Assembly: GCA_963662715.1 (NCBI GenBank)
Contig: OY759724.1
Location: 2,202,662 to 2,266,661, forward strand
Source: Candidatus Omnitrophota bacterium
GTDB taxonomy: Bacteria; Omnitrophota; Gorgyraeia; Zapsychrales; JANLHA01
Direction: 5' to 3'
DNA length: 64,000 nucleotides
The notes beneath the pieces were generated by a model. That model had not been told where the DNA came from. It did not search any database and saw only the letters and a list, made by a program, of their open reading frames with translations. The position numbers were made by a program, and so were the translations under genes. Below, piece after piece: positions 60,807-64,000 of this stretch; position 1 is the first letter of the stretch; every line of letters begins with the position of its first letter.

Positions 60807-61493
60807 ATGATTAATTTTGATGTCATCACGATTTTTCCGGAGATATTTGCGCCGGTCTTAAATGAGTCGATCATGAAGAGGGCGCAAGCCAAGAAAAAAG
60901 TGCGTATAAGGGTTCATGATTTAAGGGCGTATTCTCAGGATAAACATAAAAAGGTTGACGACCGTCCTTTCGGCGGAGGGCCCGGGATGGTGATGACGCC
61001 GCAGCCCTTCTATGATGCCGTGAAAAAGGTTAAGGGCCGGCGTAAAGCTGAAGTCCTGTTAATGTGTCCGGGGGGAACTCCGTTCAGTCAAAGAAAAGCA
61101 CGGCAGTTGGTTAAGCAAAGAAATATCATTATCCTTTGCGGTCACTATGAAGGTATTGATGAGCGTGTCCGCCAGACGGTCGTTGACGAAAGTCTATCTA
61201 TCGGGGACTATATTTTGACCGGAGGAGAGCTGCCGGCCATGATCGTTATCGATGCTGTCACGCGGCTTATCCCGGGAGTCCTGGGGAAGGAAGCCTCTTT
61301 GCAGGACGAGTCTTTTGAAAGAGGTCTTATCGAATATCCTCAATATACACGGCCGGCTGATTTCAGGGGGTTGAAAGTGCCTGATATCCTGCTGTCCGGG
61401 CATCACCGCCAGATCAGTCAATGGCGGCAGGCGCAGTCTTTAAAAAGAACGAAAAAGGTCCGTCCGGACCTTTTAAAAGATGAAGCCCCTTAA
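60807..61493 (+). CDS. trmD: tRNA (guanine37-N1)-methyltransferase
   Basis: [11 protein letters not shown]...[13 protein letters not shown]...[10 protein letters not shown]. Confidence 0.93.
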   Translation: MINFDVITIFPEIFAPVLNESIMKRAQAKKKVRIRVHDLRAYSQDKHKKVDDRPFGGGPGMVMTPQPFYDAVKKVKGRRKAEVLLMCPGGTPFSQRKARQLVKQRNIIILCGHYEGIDERVRQTVVDESLSIGDYILTGGELPAMIVIDAVTRLIPGVLGKEASLQDESFERGLIEYPQYTRPADFRGLKVPDILLSGHHRQISQWRQAQSLKRTKKVRPDLLKDEAP

Positions 61494-61561
61494 CAGAAAC
61501 CTTCCCGAGGCTGTTTGAACGGCTTAAGTTTGCTGAACCACGGATTTATTTCGCAAATTAT

Positions 61562-62473
61562 ATGAACAGACGCATGGCCCAGAAAACAAAATCAGTTGAT
61601 CATCAGGCCTGGAATGTGTCCCGGAGTCTTATGGACGTTGTGGATTATCTCCCGGACCCGTGTTTTGTCATTGACCGGGAAAAGAAAGTGATCGCCTGGA
61701 ACCGGGGCATGGAACAGTTAACGGGCGTCCCCCGTCATCAGATGCTGGGAAAAGGGCAGTATGAATATGCGGTTCCTTTTTATGGCGAACGCCGGCCGAT
61801 TCTCATTGATCTTGTCCTAGAAAGCCAGGAGGAGATTGAGCGGCAGTATCATATTGTTCAAAAGAGCCCGGGTGTTTTGGAGGCGGAAACAACGGCCGCG
61901 CGCATAAAAGGAAAAAATGTCTTTATCTGGGGCCGGGCCAGTATATTGCGCGACGCAAGGGGCCATATTGTCGGGGCGATAGAAACGATTCGTGATATTA
62001 CCGATATTAAAAAAATAGAGGCGGCTCTTAAGGAATCGGAAGGGCGTTTATTGCAACAGAAATCAGCTTTAGAACAGAAAAATGTTGATTTGAAAGATAT
62101 TCTCGAACAGGTTGAACAGGAAAAAAGAAAAATTAAAGAAGACGTGATGGATAATGTTGAGCATATTTTGCTCCCCTTGGTCAAGAAGATCAAGCTTAAA
62201 GGGGCATCTCAAAAGTATGCCAAATTGCTGCAGCAGGCCCTTGAACACATTACCTCGTCTTTCGGCAAAGAACTTTCCCGTCCGGTCTATGGCCTGACAA
62301 ACCGGGAGATTGAAATTTGTCACATGATCAAAAACGGGTTGAGCGGCAAAGAAATAGCTGTTTTATTAAACCTGTCTTTTAACACTGTAGAGATGCACCG
62401 GAAGAATATTCGGCGTAAACTTGGCCTTTCTCATCAAAAGATTAATTTAATGACTTTTTTGCAGCAAGTGTAG
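61562..62473 (+). CDS. PAS-sensor LuxR-family (HTH) transcriptional regulator
   Basis: N-terminal PAS fold (CFVIDREKKVIAWNRGMEQLTGV), a central coiled coil, and a C-terminal LuxR HTH (LTNREIEICHMIKNGLSGKEIAVLLNLSFNTVEMHRKNIRRKLG). Confidence 0.75.
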   Translation: MNRRMAQKTKSVDHQAWNVSRSLMDVVDYLPDPCFVIDREKKVIAWNRGMEQLTGVPRHQMLGKGQYEYAVPFYGERRPILIDLVLESQEEIERQYHIVQKSPGVLEAETTAARIKGKNVFIWGRASILRDARGHIVGAIETIRDITDIKKIEAALKESEGRLLQQKSALEQKNVDLKDILEQVEQEKRKIKEDVMDNVEHILLPLVKKIKLKGASQKYAKLLQQALEHITSSFGKELSRPVYGLTNREIEICHMIKNGLSGKEIAVLLNLSFNTVEMHRKNIRRKLGLSHQKINLMTFLQQV

Positions 62474-62618
62474 GCCTTATCAGTTATATTTACTAACCGA
62501 AATATAACTGATTTACCCCTGTTGCAATATCCTTTAAATGCGGTATCCTGTATACTCAAAACGTGGAGTTTTTTTATCTGTCGCATTTAAAGGAGGCGAA
62601 TATTTTTTTGCGTTTTTA

Positions 62619-62635
62619 TGTGACGATTTTCACAA
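62619..62635. promoter_or_regulatory. Rex-box-like palindrome upstream of rex (candidate autoregulatory operator)
   Basis: aTGTGAc-gatt-TTCACAA versus the Rex consensus TTGTGAA-N4-TTCACAA. Right half is perfect. Lies 17 nt upstream of the rex ATG. Confidence 0.35.
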
Positions 62636-62651
62636 AAAATGAGACAATATA

Positions 62652-63308
62652 ATGAATTTACCGCAAAGAATATCAGGGGTTAATAAAAACAGTATCCCGC
62701 GTTTGGTTCAATATAGACACGTGCTCAAGAGAATATCAGATTCCGGAAGAATACGGGTTTATTCAAACGATTTAGCGGAGGCGATCGGAATTACCGCAGC
62801 GCAAGTACGAAAGGATTTTTCGCTTTTCGGTATTATTGGTAAAAAAAGAGGCGGTTATGATGTCCACGATCTTCTGGTGGTTATTCAGAAAATTCTCGGT
62901 TTTCAGCAAGGACAGGATGTCGTTATCGTAGGCATGGGGCATTTAGGCACGGCGCTTAGCAATTATAAAGGTTTCGGGGAAGAGGGCATTTGTATCAAGG
63001 CTGGTTTTGATACGGATGCGGATAAATGCGGCACCCGGGGACATATCCCGGTGTATCCTTTCTCAGAGTGTCTTAAATATATTACGGACCATCATATTAA
63101 GGTGGGAATCATTGCCGTCCCTGCAGGAGCGGCTCAAAAGGTTCTGAATGTTATGTTGCTCGGAGGAATTGAGGGAGTCTTAAATTTTGCTCCGGTCCAC
63201 CTGTTTGCCGACCAGCCCTGTGTGATTCATGATGTGAATTTAATGGTGGAACTGGAATCTTTGCTGTATTTTGTCAACGCTTTAAATACCCGGGAGCACA
63301 ATCCATGA
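62652..63308 (+). CDS. rex: Redox-sensing transcriptional repressor Rex
   Basis: N-terminal winged helix (IPRLVQYRHVLKRI) and Rossmann NADH domain VVIVGMGHLGTAL. 218 aa. Confidence 0.85.
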   Translation: MNLPQRISGVNKNSIPRLVQYRHVLKRISDSGRIRVYSNDLAEAIGITAAQVRKDFSLFGIIGKKRGGYDVHDLLVVIQKILGFQQGQDVVIVGMGHLGTALSNYKGFGEEGICIKAGFDTDADKCGTRGHIPVYPFSECLKYITDHHIKVGIIAVPAGAAQKVLNVMLLGGIEGVLNFAPVHLFADQPCVIHDVNLMVELESLLYFVNALNTREHNP

Positions 63309-64000
63309 ATATGATTATACGTCTGAGGACATATATTGTGTTGCTTTTACTGGCGTTGATTCTTTTTTGGGGCCTCTGCATGTCTTTGTACAGTTTCTTT
63401 GTGCTGAAGACTTTTATTATCGGTGAGGCGCAGAAAGAAGTTCAGCTAAAACTTAAAACGGTCCGGACGGTTTATCAGGATTATTTGAAGTCTATGGCTT
63501 TGAATTTCACTTTAATCGAGAAAGATGATGATATTCAGGCTTTAAAAAATAATTTGAAACTGGATTACCTTCGCTGGATTGCCCTTCCCGAAGCTTCCTC
63601 GTCATCCAGTGAAATCGTGCAAGCTGTTTTCCGTGAGGGCCGGGCCTTTGGAGCAACACGGGTGTTGTCGGCAGAGGAATTGGCGGCACAGCCGCAGGAT
63701 TTTCTCATTCGGATTAGAGAAACCCCGAAAGCCCTCCAGTCTGACCGGAAGGTTTTAGATACCGCGTTGAGTCTTGAATATGTGCGGCCGTTTTTTGACG
63801 AACAGGGCCGGGTCGATAAAGTGCTTTGCGGGGGATGGATTATTAATAAGAATTTTAACTTAATCGACCGGATCAAAAATTCAGTTTTCCGAAAGGAATT
63901 ATACGAAGACAAACCGGTGGGAACAGTGACGATTTTTCAGGACGACGTCCGCGTCGCCACGAATGTTTTGGATAAAGAGGGACGCCGCGCGATCGGCACG
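63305..64000 (+). CDS. Membrane sensor protein, 5' part only (N-terminal TM helix plus an extracytoplasmic Cache-like domain). Probable sensor kinase or chemoreceptor; runs off the window end.
   Basis: Open frame from ATG 63305 (overlaps the rex stop as ATGA) to the window end: MNMIIRLRTYIVLLLLALILFW..., then a periplasmic-type domain ending ...VTIFQDDVRVATNVLDKEGRRAIGT (Cache-like G-x-R-x-x-GT). Not in the ORF track because no stop lies within the window. Confidence 0.5.
   Translation, partial: MNMIIRLRTYIVLLLLALILFWGLCMSLYSFFVLKTFIIGEAQKEVQLKLKTVRTVYQDYLKSMALNFTLIEKDDDIQALKNNLKLDYLRWIALPEASSSSSEIVQAVFREGRAFGATRVLSAEELAAQPQDFLIRIRETPKALQSDRKVLDTALSLEYVRPFFDEQGRVDKVLCGGWIINKNFNLIDRIKNSVFRKELYEDKPVGTVTIFQDDVRVATNVLDKEGRRAIGT

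Overview
This is a 64 kb bacterial chromosomal window from a diderm (LPS-producing) organism, probably from an uncultured or candidate lineage. All ~58 protein genes and three tRNAs that I can support lie on the + strand, which is unusually co-directional. I found no mobile elements, no CRISPR array and no rRNA. The window holds the following, in order. (1) frr 3' end, then a tRNA-Lys/Leu/Gly cluster. (2) A permease-less regulatory PTS: ptsN, a YvcK-family protein, ptsH, ptsI. (3) A sugar nucleotidyltransferase, metK, ahcY. (4) ilvC and leuA, separated by a near-perfect 93-bp direct-repeat pair. (5) aroE, a prepilin peptidase, aroK, dprA, topA, xerC/D. (6) A ~17 kb lipid A / inner-core / Lpt supercluster: waaA, lpxK, an LpxL-type late acyltransferase fused to an ELM1/DUF1022-like GT-B domain, a GT4-GT9 fusion, a second GT4, three further GT9 heptosyltransferases, a heptose-7-P kinase, kdsB, kdsA, kdsD, kdsC, one double OstA-like LptC/LptA-type protein, and lptB. 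(7) A trigger factor lacking its PPIase domain, clpP, a class-V aminotransferase, serA, an uncharacterised polytopic membrane protein, purA, an OmpA-family lipoprotein plus a small coiled-coil protein. (8) uppS, cdsA, dxr, rseP, an orphan CpaF/TadA-type ATPase, a short ProRS without the editing insertion, rimP, nusA, and an infB that is frame-disrupted after its N-terminal domain. (9) A TrpRS with a Cys-rich Fe-S-type motif, scpA, ruvB, DUF2905, a SpoIID-domain protein, queA, tgt, trmD. (10) A PAS/LuxR-HTH regulator, rex with a Rex-box-like palindrome upstream, and the 5' part of a membrane sensor protein running off the window. The most novel-looking content is the run of domain fusions in the LPS cluster, above all LpxL-ELM1/DUF1022, together with the 93-bp repeat pair before leuA. 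All protein-family calls rest on motif recognition by eye from the translations; no database searches were run.
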